A stretch of DNA of 64,000 nt. Origin: Lingula anatina (lineage: Eukaryota > Animalia > Brachiopoda). Positions within the stretch are counted from its first letter, which is position 1. The number at the start of each line of letters is the position of its first letter. The notes beneath the pieces were generated by a model, which saw only the letters and a list, made by a program, of their open reading frames with translations, had not been told where the DNA came from and searched no databases. The position numbers and the translations under genes are program-made. Positions 11,701-45,376 of the stretch are shown here, one piece after another. The DNA lies in contig CM120645.1 in the NCBI GenBank assembly GCA_051362555.1, forward strand, positions 8,370,001 to 8,434,000, in the 5' to 3' direction.

Positions 11701-14700
11701 AAGCTGTTAAGGGGTAATTATCTTTACCCTTGCTCAGGCCTATACCCAACTACCAGACTGCACGTAAGGATCCTGAATTAACCGGTATATCGGACCACAC
11801 TACCCATTTTCAAGGTGTGTGTCAGATGGCATTTCGGAGTATCACACCCGAGAACAAATTTTGTAGGACGATCATGGGCTCATCCAAGCTCGGCTATCAC
11901 CTTGATTGGATAGTAAACGATTGTTGTAAAATCACTATATGATTTCAAAAACGGGTGCATAAATTTGAAAACCACCTAGAACAACCTTAGACTGTAGGCC
12001 TACTCTTACTTTAGAGTACTCTATTTAATTGTCTCTATGGGGGTATATGGGGACTTTACTACATTCAGTTTGAATGCTTTAACCGGTATATCGGTATAAC
12101 CACTTTTGATAGGGCTTTTTTGCATTGTATTAGATTAATGTGGCAGTCTAAGGTTGTTCTAGGTGGTTTTCAAATTTATGCACACGGTTTAAAAATCATA
12201 TAGCGATTTTACGACAATCGTTTACTATCCAATCAAGGTGACAGCCAAGCGTGGGCTCATCCTGTTGGTGTTCTGACTGATACTCCGAAATGCGATCTGA
12301 CACACACCTTGAAAACGGGTAGTGTGGTCCGATATACCGGTTAATTCAGGATCCTTACGTGCTGAATCTGGTAGTTGGGTAGGCCTGTTGCTGATTCAGT
12401 AGGCGTGACAGACATTTAGGCCTCTTGAGCTGACAGCAATTTAGCATGAACCCCCAGGGAGTTAGGTCGATCCAGATGGATCGTTCTAAATCTGTGGGAA
12501 TGCAGTCTAAGTTTCAAGATCATATTCATTTGGGAACCTTTAAAATGAAATGCATATCATGAATACACAAATGAATCAAATGAGTAACTTGCGTCTAGTT
12601 CTTCAAATTTTGAATTCAGAATGGGAAGCCAAAATTAGCTTTGAAGACAGTATATAGTGATTTTCTGAAGATGGAAATATTAAGTTTGCATGTGATTTAT
12701 TCAAGTGGAAATCCAGATCAGTTTGACATATTTCAAGTCTATTTTTCAGCCTGAAGTGTGTATCCATGTGGAGCCATATACCATGTCCTTCATGCAACAA
12801 CAAGTAGGTCTGCTGTGGGAGATGACATCTGATGCTGCTAAAACTATCTCTCAGGTATGGGTCAAGGTCAGTTAGGTCAGATAAATCAAGGTTATACCAT
12901 GCAGTGAAGCTCTATATGTACCTTGCTAGTCTCTCTCAACTCATGGAAACCACTTAAATTCTTTGTGAAAATGTGCCTGCAAGACTGTTGTGCAGTGGAC
13001 AACAGCACCTATTCAAATTTTAGTTATTTTAGTGCATCTTTGTTAAAAAGAAATGGGCCTTTTTCGACAGATTTTTTTTATTTGTAATAATGTTTTGAAT
13101 AGAAAAATTTGTGATAGCCCTCACCTTGAATTTATTTCAACAATACACACTCCAAGACATGTATTACTTCTATTGTACACAGCTAGTTTTTGAGGTTGTT
13201 GCTTTAGTTACAAGTACATGCAAAATGATGATACTGTGATATTCTTCATGTAGGTACATTTGCCATTTGGACCCATCTCAGCAAGGAACACTAAAGGTTC
13301 AGTGATGTTACCCACGACAGAGGAGTTTGTCAGTTTGAGGAAGCGGCAGACGACAGAGGCGTTTGAACTAAAGTATGGCAGTGGTGTTGGTGGTAAGACT
13401 TTTACTTCGTGAGAAATTTACTTAATAATAGTATTATTTTTGCAGATATTTATTTTCAGATCTAAAGTAATTCCATGCAGTGTTAATGTAGTGGGTAAAT
13501 TTTCTTGATGATTCCAGCTGATAATTTGGTCCTACAAGATCAACCTCCAGTACATGCCATGTAACCCCTACACTTTGCAACAGAAAGTTTGTTGATGTTA
13601 CATGAAGATTTGAATTGACCAGTGTTCATAAAGTTTCAGTTAATATAAAAATTAACGTCCATATTCTATTTGGTCGAGATAAATGATCAGTCAGGTTATA
13701 ATGGGTTGAGTTATTTCATCATTTCATTCCCTATATTTCAGGTCCAGGGTGGGACCTCACTATCCAGTCATTGACAACTGCTGGGATTGTGTTTGAATTT
13801 CTGACAACTGTGGCTAGGAATCCAGTATGTTCAACTCTGAGTAATGTATTATGGGATAAATGGGGAGATTTGAGGGTTGTGTTTGGGTGTGTGTGAGTGA
13901 GGTAAGAGGGGGATGGGTATCACTGCTTGTAAGAGTTAAGTTAAATTTGTTTTGTGTAAATTTTGACAGTCCTATTTGTGGATGTAAGGAGGGAGTTTTA
14001 CATACCTCATTGCCCCCCCCCCCCCCCCCCCATTCCAATTTCACTGAGTGCATATGCCAATAAGATAAACCACTCAATTTTAATTAGATTTAAAATAGTA
14101 CTGTATTGATAAATTGTTTTAAATCAAAATAATATCACTGCTTACATCACATAGACATCAATATTCTCTCTCTTCTTTACAAATTTTAAAGCAGATTTTT
14201 TTTGTTTTTAATATGGAGGGGGGTGTTAACCCTTAAGACTGATTCATCATTCTCACATCTGTGGAGGTTTGAAACCTGTGCCCTCTGAATACAGTTATAT
14301 TCATTTTACATCTCGGAAGTAGTGTCGATTTGACCTTTGCTCAAACTTTATTTACATTTGTTTTAGCTGAAACTGGAGTTTAGTCAGAAGTCAGAAGGTG
14401 CCACAAAAGGAGGGACATTTGTGATGTACAATTATGCCAGACTGGCCACTCTCATGGCTCACTTCGATGAAGCAGTGGTCAAAGGTAACAGTGATCTGCC
14501 TCAAGACTGACCAATGTTTTTTTTTTTTTTTTTTTTTTTGTACACTTTCCCATTTCTTCTTAGATTGGCTGCCTTTCATGGACCCAGTAGGTATAAGACC
14601 TGAAAATCTGTTTCTTTTGTTTTTACAGGAATGTTTCCACCACTACCAGAGTGTTGGCAGCTGGACTTCTCTGCACTTAGAGAAGAGGTAGGAGTTGATG

Positions 14701-16282
14701 TTACATTTGTTCTTTTGTTTTTAAAATATCGTCAAAACTGCAAGTTTCTGGTCATAAATTTGACTTACTTATTTTCCCTCCTGTTTGTAAAGCATAGAGA
14801 GAAAGCAGAAAATACCTGTGAAAATATCATATAAAATTTTCAGGAAATAAAACCATGGTCTTTTTTTAAGCTACATCATTTGAAACTACATGGTGGCATT
14901 TGGCCACATTTAGCTGCAATAATTTGACATATCAAGTACTGGTACTCACTTGAGACACATATTTAATACACTTAGTGATTGGTACTCTTTATACCCAATG
15001 CCAACTAATTTCCAAGTAATTTGCGCTGATTTTATGGACTGTTCTTAAAACACATGCTGTAAACATGTAAAGTCACTGCCAATTCCTTGTCTTATTTTTC
15101 AGGAGGAATGGTTGCTTCTCTTCAATTACATCCTGCCATTTCCGAGTCTTGTGGAGGATTGTGTGGGGCCATTTCACCCTGGGGATCCTAGGGCAAAAAT
15201 AGACACACATAAGGTATGTGGTTTTCTTTATGTATTGGTGCATCACAAGTTTGCGTGGGGCCAATTCACAGTTGGGTTCTCAGGGCAAAACTAGATCAAT
15301 ATTTGTTTTTGGCCTTGACCCACTACCTGTCTGCTGCAACTGCTGGATACAGAGCTTTGTTAAAACTATCCCTTAGAAGCCACAAACTTTAAATCATTTG
15401 AGTGTTTTAATTATTGGGTCACGTTACCTCTGTTTATACTAAGATGGATGTCAAAAACAAAACGACAAAAGACCCAAGCATGGTGCATCTCGTATACCTG
15501 CATGGCACACAGGAATGTCAGTCAGTCGGTGCAAACTCACTGTGGAAATTGGTTTTTCAGCTTTAACTTACTGTTTTTATTTTGTGTTGATTTAATCTAG
15601 CATGCTAAAAAGCCAGAGTTGTCTCCAAAAAGAATGCCAGATTATTTTATGCTACTTTGTAAATTTGGAAGCAATGGGCTTTGTGGTTAACTACCACAAA
15701 GCTTCTTGTTTTTAGACAAGCTTTCATCAACTTGAAATATAAAAATTCGTACTTGGGAGTTGATATTTTAGTGTTGTCAAAGTGTTTGAAGATTATTTTT
15801 TACGAATTTTAGATTTGCAATTTTCTCCTCAACTTGAGCAGGGATCTCAGCTCCTACTATGGCAGAGTTCATGTCCTTGGGGTATGTTTACTTTGAGTTG
15901 TGTATGTATACTCATTGTGCTAAATAAAATAACAAATTCAAGGAAAATTGAGTCATAATGCAGTCTCAGAATGCATTTTGTTAGTGTTTGGGAAGACATG
16001 AGCCAAAAGATTCCGATTGTATTTAATGATGACTTTTAATGTAGTTTGACCAATTCAAACATATCAACTTAGAAAATTGCAGTTATTATGCATTTTAAAT
16101 TGATATCTTTTATCACAGGCAGAGCCATATAGAATTGAAAAAAATTTTTTTTTTAATTCCAGGAGCCATTCCCTCACCTCCTTCCCACCATGTATTGCAG
16201 ACTTCATCTATTAAAGGGAGTGCAATATGTTATGTCCAGTGCATTTAGACTGCTAGGCATTCAACCTCTAACTCAGATGTAA
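8774..16282 (+). CDS. DALRD3: DALR anticodon-binding domain-containing protein 3 (~621 aa, 12 exons)
   Basis: Exons 8774-9025, 9738-10048, 10758-11173, 11482-11564, 12750-12854, 13254-13392, 13742-13824, 14367-14484, 14629-14687, 15103-15213, 15813-15881, 16163-16282 total 1866 nt in frame. Diagnostic segments: [83 protein letters not shown]. Confidence 0.9.
9226..9430. mobile_element. MITE family A copy (DALRD3 intron 1)
   Basis: Same orientation and sequence as 6112-6326; preceded by TAA. Confidence 0.8.
11601..12507. mobile_element. MITE family A copy interrupted by a nested insertion (DALRD3 intron 4)
   Basis: Family A 5' part at 11601-~11735 and 3' part at ~12395-12507, flanked by TTA/TAA. 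Confidence 0.75.
11745..12379. mobile_element. Foldback-like MITE with ~250-bp TIRs and TA target duplication (Tc1/mariner-type)
   Basis: TA|CCCAACTACCAGA..GCACGTAAGGATCCTGAATTAACCGGTATATCGGACCACAC... mirrored by ...GTGTGGTCCGATATACCGGTTAATTCAGGATCCTTACGTGC..TCTGGTAGTTGGG|TA. Arms are 11745-~11995 and ~12144-12379. Confidence 0.85.
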
Positions 16283-16333
16283 AGCATGTCCAGCAGCAAG
16301 TGACCATCACCAAAATTTTGGATTTTTCACTTA

Positions 16334-16545
16334 GGGCCCCTTTACACTGGACGGCATCCTTTCTGCGTCCAGCAGTACGGTCCCATTTGAGAGTTAAAAA
16401 ATAATAATAATTTACATGCCGACAACTGGCCGATCATTGAGCATTCATTCTGATACAAAATCAATGCTCGTGTCTCCTTATTGAGACCGCAGCGATGCCA
16501 AATTTCATGGTCGCAGAAAGGACGCCGTCCAGTGTAAAGGGGGTA
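16334..16545. mobile_element. Harbinger/Tourist-like MITE in the DALRD3 3' UTR
   Basis: Inverted CCCCTTTACACTGGACGGCATCCTTTCTGCG / CGCAGAAAGGACGCCGTCCAGTGTAAAGGGG with TTA on both sides. Confidence 0.75.
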
Positions 16546-18414
16546 TTACTGTTACCCCAATCTTCTCTGGTGAATGCCAACTTTATCTTGGAATTTCTAC
16601 TTAGTCTGGGGCATTTCTGAGCTGGCATACATGTGGGACATGTGTTAGAAGTTACCATCGCCTAGTTTGGGATCATCGAGTTTAGATTACCACAAACTTC
16701 GGTTCTTATGCATGCCAGCTCATTTTCAAAACTCCACATCAACTAGGCAAAAGTGGATGTGGAATATGTATGCATTTTAAAGGTAAATGTGGAAATCTGA
16801 AAATATACGATATATATATACAAACTATATTTACGGATATGAATTGCATATTGTATTTAATTCATAAGAACATTACTTCTGATGGTCAACATGACATTTT
16901 TGACAATAAAAAAGAACAAAAGCTGTTTGTGTTTCTATGGGTATGTTTGCTTTTTATTCTAATTCACTCCATTGCACATTATAATCCCCAACATAATATC
17001 TTCACAATTCAAGTTCACATATGAGATGCCTTATTCATATCTACAAACCTGAACATTTTGTCAAAAAATACCCCCCCCCCCTCAAAATAATAAATAAATA
17101 AAGTAAAAAAAAAGGCTGTACACACTCAAACAATCTGTATGTTTGAATCTATTTTCTTCCCAAAAAGGCACATTCTTCAGGTCACTTTTTAAATCCCAAC
17201 CAATCTAATATAGAAAAGCATGTACAAATGTCTTCTTGAAATCACAATGCATTAGTTCTATTTCGCCTCTATTAGCTTCATGTGCCTTCCCACTGACAGC
17301 TTCTATGTAGAGAGAGAAAAAGGGGGAATTTCTTTCTCAAATCTCACTGATGCTTTAATGCCACTTTGCCTTTAAAGATGTAATTGCCATTTTTGACTGT
17401 AAATTAGCATCTTATCTCCGTCATCAAGTTGTTGCTGACCTAGAACCTAGACAAAAAGAGATCGAAGGCCTAAAAATTAAGACTAATCTTTTTAGAAAAA
17501 AAAAAAAGTCTGCGAAATAAGAAGCTGGGTAGGAGGCATTTTTGAATTTGTTGTTTACCCCCCCTGTGCCAAGTGTGATCTTGAAAACTCAAAGGGGATG
17601 CTATTCAGAAATAAGAATAACAGAAAAAAGGAAAACAGAATTATCTGGTAGCATGAACAGGTGGGAATATCTCACCCAAAGGTATTAGAAGACAGCGAAT
17701 CATTTCAAAAATATTATGCTACTGTACTTCAAAACTGTTACAATAAAACAACACAAATAGAAGTTTTGCTCGTAAAAAGAAAGACTAGAACCGAAACCTA
17801 ACGGAAAGCATCTATGACTCATTTGAAGGCTTTCAATATTTTTTTCATTTCCAATAAATAAACAGAATGAGCTCTTAAATTATATTCAGAAAGAAAAAAA
17901 AACTATTGCAACTTTGGCTTGGCACTCCAATGTAAAGGTTGCCACACAGGCAAGGATAAGCAGTCGTTTTATAAAATCCAAAAAGAATATTTCTGTATCT
18001 CCACCTCACTTGAAATTATCAGTCCGTGAAAACCATTATTTCTACACCAACCATTCATGTCACTTAAACTACTGTATCAATATCAGTCTTCACAAACATT
18101 CCCTGTGCTCTAGACATTATATAATTAAATAAATTTAACTAACAGGATCTGATTTTACCAATAGACAATAAAGATATTTTGCCATAAGCATAAAAAATGG
18201 GTGAAATGAAAAAATGTCATACTTTGGAATCCTCAATACCAAGATGACAGTGCAAAAGGGGAGTTATTTACATAGAAGTTCAAAATATCAATGATAATGA
18301 AGATTTTCAACTCTCTAAATGATTCTGTACATGAAAGAGCCTTTGACAAAGTACCCTCTTGAATTAAAGCCTTTTTAAGAAAATAATGAACTATTTACAA
18401 ACTGTAATGTCTTC

Positions 18415-18952
18415 TTTTCCATAAAAAATCCGACAGTGCATTCTCAACTTCTTCCATGTGATAAAACTTGCTTTCTCTTAGAATAATGCAGCAAACAGAT
18501 CAATGTGCAGTCTGGGAGAGTGAAATCTCATTGTGAAAGACATTTCAGTGTACAAATGCTGCCAGGTTTTGAGTAGCCATAATTGGAATGAGCATATAAA
18601 AGAGGAAACCGTCTTCTTTAAATCTCAACTCTCTTAAATGGGAAATGCTCCGATACTTCTACTGTGTTCTCTACTCGTGCAAATTTTCCATAAAAAATCC
18701 GACAGTGCATTCTCAACTTCTTCCATGTGATAAAACTTGCTTTCTCTTAGAATAATGCAGCAAACAGATCAATGTGCAGTCTGGGAGAGTGAAATCTCAT
18801 TGTGAAAGACATTTCAGTGTACAAATGCTGCCAGGTTTTGAGTAGCCATAATTGGAATGAGCATATAAAAGAGGAAACCGTCTTCTTTAAATCTCAACTC
18901 TCTTAAATGGGAAATGCTCCGATACTTCTACTGTGTTCTCTACTCGTGCAAA
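18415..18952. repeat. Tandem duplication, 2 x 269 bp, identical by eye
   Basis: TTTTCCATAAAAAATCCGACAGTGC...CTACTCGTGCAAA at 18415-18683 is repeated at 18684-18952. Confidence 0.95.
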
Positions 18953-19225
18953 AAATGTCTTTCATGTTTCCACAACCAAGCTGATAAGAGATCTTTCTAG
19001 GTAATATGATTTAGGGAATTCCTTTTTGATGGGACTCGTTTTTTTAAGATGCAGGACACTAGTTTAAGGTAACTGCTGCAGACGTGACCTTCAGCCTATC
19101 TCTCCCAACCATTTATAACGAAAACTGGGCAGCACAACTGTCAGGCAAACCAAACTGCCAAAAGAGATCATTTCCATGAAAAGTTTGTTCACCTGCTGGA
19201 TATGAAAAACCCAATACAAAATGGT

Positions 19226-41449
<22,224 letters not shown>

Positions 41450-41830
41450 TTTGCATCCCTTTACTCGTTGGCACCTTCCTGTCAAACGAATGGGCGTGAG
41501 ACACCGTTAAATCGGTCTAATAAACTTTAAATAAACAAGCAAATTTTCGACTTGAGCTCTTTCGAATAATGTGCCACGGAACGGATATAGGTTGCTTAGC
41601 CAATCAAATGCAAGGTTACATTTATTTACAAGAAGGGAAAATGTAAATCAGCCAGCAATTTTTCGAATATAATGTGGAAGATATTAATGTGATAAATATT
41701 TAAACCATTATCATTGTCAAATTAACCTTTCAGCAGCGAGAATTTACACATAACTATTTAAACTCAGGAAAAAAAATCTAAACGGACTTTCTTGAATATA
41801 GATGGCGCTTTGCTTAAACCAACAAACATC
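41450..41830. promoter_or_regulatory. Probable bidirectional promoter between the NET1-like and IL17R-like genes
   Basis: The divergent ATGs are only ~380 bp apart; there is a CCAAT box (AGCCAATCA, ~41598-41606) and local CpG enrichment. Confidence 0.6.
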
Positions 41831-43862
41831 ATGGCTGCTATGAGTCCAGGAACATCGAATTCGGGGTTAATATTTTTTGTTCTCTCCGTGTTTCTGTCTC
41901 TCTCGCCAATTATAGCACAGTATTGTGGCAACAGGAATTCTTGTAGCATAACAGTGAGTATCACAATTTCTCTTTTTTTTTTAAATTTAGGTTGATCTAC
42001 CTATTTTCGCATACAGGTGTAACAAGGTAAAAAATACCTGATTACAGCTAGGAAGTCACCATATCCTGTTATAGCGCCACCATCCCTTCTCTTAAGAATA
42101 TACGTTAAATTTCACAATCATTGCTACTCAATTTAAGTATCATTGTTCCTTTTTAGATAATCCTCCAAGTTTTCGAAAGTTTTTACCTTTTTTAGTTAGA
42201 CAAGTTAAAGCTAATTTTATCCATTAAATTATTTTAATGTGTTTGTCCATCCGCCATGGATTCCACAATGAATGTTTAAATGATGTCACTTGTATCAGGG
42301 GTTTAATTGTATATAAAGGTCAAAGCTAAATATGAAACCTATTTTAAGATCTGTATCTCAGCTACATATACGTTACTATGGTTACTGTGTGGGTTTATCA
42401 AATACACATTGCGTGCCAAGATGATTTTTTAATCCACTTACTGTGCACAATGGCCAAGTGCAATTTGTGTGTGTTTATGTGCATGAGTGTGTGTGTGTGT
42501 GTGTGTGCACCCAGTATATGTGCCTTGTCATCATACAAAAGTGATAAAGTTTTTGAAAAAGAACTAGTTAGTTATTTTGCTAAATATCCTCTTCCTTTCT
42601 AGGGCTATGCAGAAAATATCTGTTTTGTTAATAAAACTTTTGGTAAGTTTCATTCTTTTCATCTTCATTTTCCTAACTTACATCAGCAAATTAAATTCAA
42701 AAACAATGAAATGATTATGAATATGGCATAATTTATTTGTAACTTGTGCAATGCATTTTTTTTAAAATTGGGGAAAAGAATGTTAAAGAACCACTAACTA
42801 GAATTATATTTATGTTATAGAAGAGAACATAGAAAAAGGCATAACGACTTGTAGCTTTTCAGTATTATTATTTGTTATCATTTTAATAACACGTACTTCA
42901 AGTGTTTCAAGGTTTTGTTATTGCTGTAACAAGCCAAATGATGACAAGAATAAGTTGAGCCGAAATTATGTTACTGATCTTGGTTATGAAGTAAAATAGT
43001 TACTCATTAACAGGAATGGGTTATTTTAAGATCACTAATCAGTAAGGCTAAGCCGAGATTTAGGGTTACTAATTAATCAATGTTGATACTTTTATATATA
43101 TATATCTTTATATGTCTATTTTATATAACTTTATTTTCAGGTTGTTCTGTGAATGTCACAGACTGGCATGCAATACAGTATCCTCAGGGAAATGGAGCTG
43201 TCTCTGCACAGGATATCCATGCAAGCTACAATAATGGTTCACTATTTCTGAATGTGAGCTTGGAGCTAAACCATGGTATGTATTGAATGGTTTGGGTTAA
43301 TCAAGATGTATTTTTAGGTCTGCTACATGTGCGCAATAATACATCATAGTGTACAAAATGATAATATCTATTTAATATACCTTATAGTACAAAATGATAA
43401 TATCTATTTACTAGTAATATACCTTATATGTTACTGATCTTGGTGATGAAGTTAAATGGATAGGATGTGTTACTGGGCATGTTCAAATGCTATTGACCCA
43501 GGCCAGATTTCTCATTTAAAACTGAACTGCCAACAGGGGGCACATAAATAAGTGAGTTTCATGCCAGATTCATCAAATTTAACTGTCTTGTTAAGGCAGT
43601 GGACAGCAAAGAAAATATAGAAAGGTGCCCAGTGGGCAGACAACCCAGATTCTATCATTCTACTGTCTCTATATTTTCCCTTACATAATTGTATTGTTTT
43701 GTTACAGGGTTTGTTAATTCAACGTCCGGATTTGAAGTCCACATTAGCCAGGGCGGTGGGTCAGAAATACAGTGTGTCTTACTGGAGGTCAAGCAACTAA
43801 ACTGGACGGAAGATGAGCTGCAACAGGTGGGGTGTGAAGTTTCTGCCAAATGTGCTAAATAT

Positions 43863-43901
<39 letters not shown>

Positions 43902-45332
43902 TTTTGACCCCCATCTGATAGAAAAAGATCAAATCATTGTGAGTGACTAAGTTTGTGGTGTGTCAGTGTGTTTGGAATTGATGCGATGAAGACACAACCC
44001 TCTGAAGCAAGTGAAAGTCTTCAAGTTAAAACTAGTGGACAGCTTTTATTTTATTTATTTAATCTTTTAGATCAGAATATTGGTTCTGAAAGTGAAAACC
44101 AACATCTGACATTTTTTATGTGTACAAAAAACTCAGTAAGGTCCTTATTTACATTCTTTAAGCAAGGCTTATTTCATGATGCCGCAGTCTCCTCGTTCTG
44201 TTGGTTACTCTATATATGTGACTTGAAGCTTTGGCTTCAACAAATTGGGTTCACTCTGATTTACTGGACATAAAATTGGGTTGGTTGATTGGTCAACAAG
44301 CTGTGGACCCACTTGATAAATTGAAATAAACAGAATGCTTAATGAACTAGAAAAGCACTCAGAGAGCGCAGACCTCCGCCAAGGCAGCAAAGTTTTGCAC
44401 AGAAATGAAGTCATCACTCAGCTGGCCCCCAGCAGAGCGTAAATAGTTACCATGCTGCTAAATTAGTATCATACTTATCATGGTTTTATTATCTGAGGAA
44501 GAGTGGGATATATCTGTGGAGTTTGGTTATTGTTTGAATCTGGGCTGGGTGGAATTGCATGTTTGCAAGAAATCACAGAATCTGATTTAATAATCTGAGT
44601 TTATTTAGAATCATGACTGAGATAGTTTCTCTGTTCAAACTTTCAGGTGCTTGTGTATTAATTCATTTGTTCTGGCATATCTTATTTTACTTAAAGATAG
44701 CAAAAAAAAAAAGCATTTTCATTGTAAAGTGAATCAGGTTGTTATATTTTTAAAACAGTTTTTCATTACCATTTCTTTTGGCGGAGGTCTTTCTGGCCTT
44801 ATAAATGGATTACTAGTAATTGTTAACAAACTTGAGTCTCAAAATGTTAGTACGAGTAGCCAAATTAACAACTCGAGCCAGAAATTAGGTACCCAAACAT
44901 AAAATTAGTAGCCATGAGCACAGCATCGTGATACATGAACTGCTCTGATGCTGTGTTCTTGTCTACTAATTTTACATTGAGGTACTTAATTTGTGGCTCA
45001 GTTCATAAATTTGGTTATTTGTGCTCCCAAATATAAGGCCCGTGGTAGCAAAAGACAATTATCACTTATGAGGTCTGTCTTTGTACTTTGAGTCCTATCA
45101 AGCTGTAAAATTCTCTTAGCAGTGTATAGTGTAAAGAAGAAAATAAATTGTGATAATACTTTTTTTTTTATCGCCATGGCAAAAATGAGTTTTGTTAAGT
45201 AAATACAATTCTACCCAGGAAAGATACTTTAACAAATTGCTGCTGCACAGTAGTTACAACTTTTCTTTTTTTTTTCAATATAATTCCAGGGATTCTTATG
45301 TATCTTGAGTTATGCATCATATATTGTATTTT

Positions 45333-45376
<44 letters not shown>

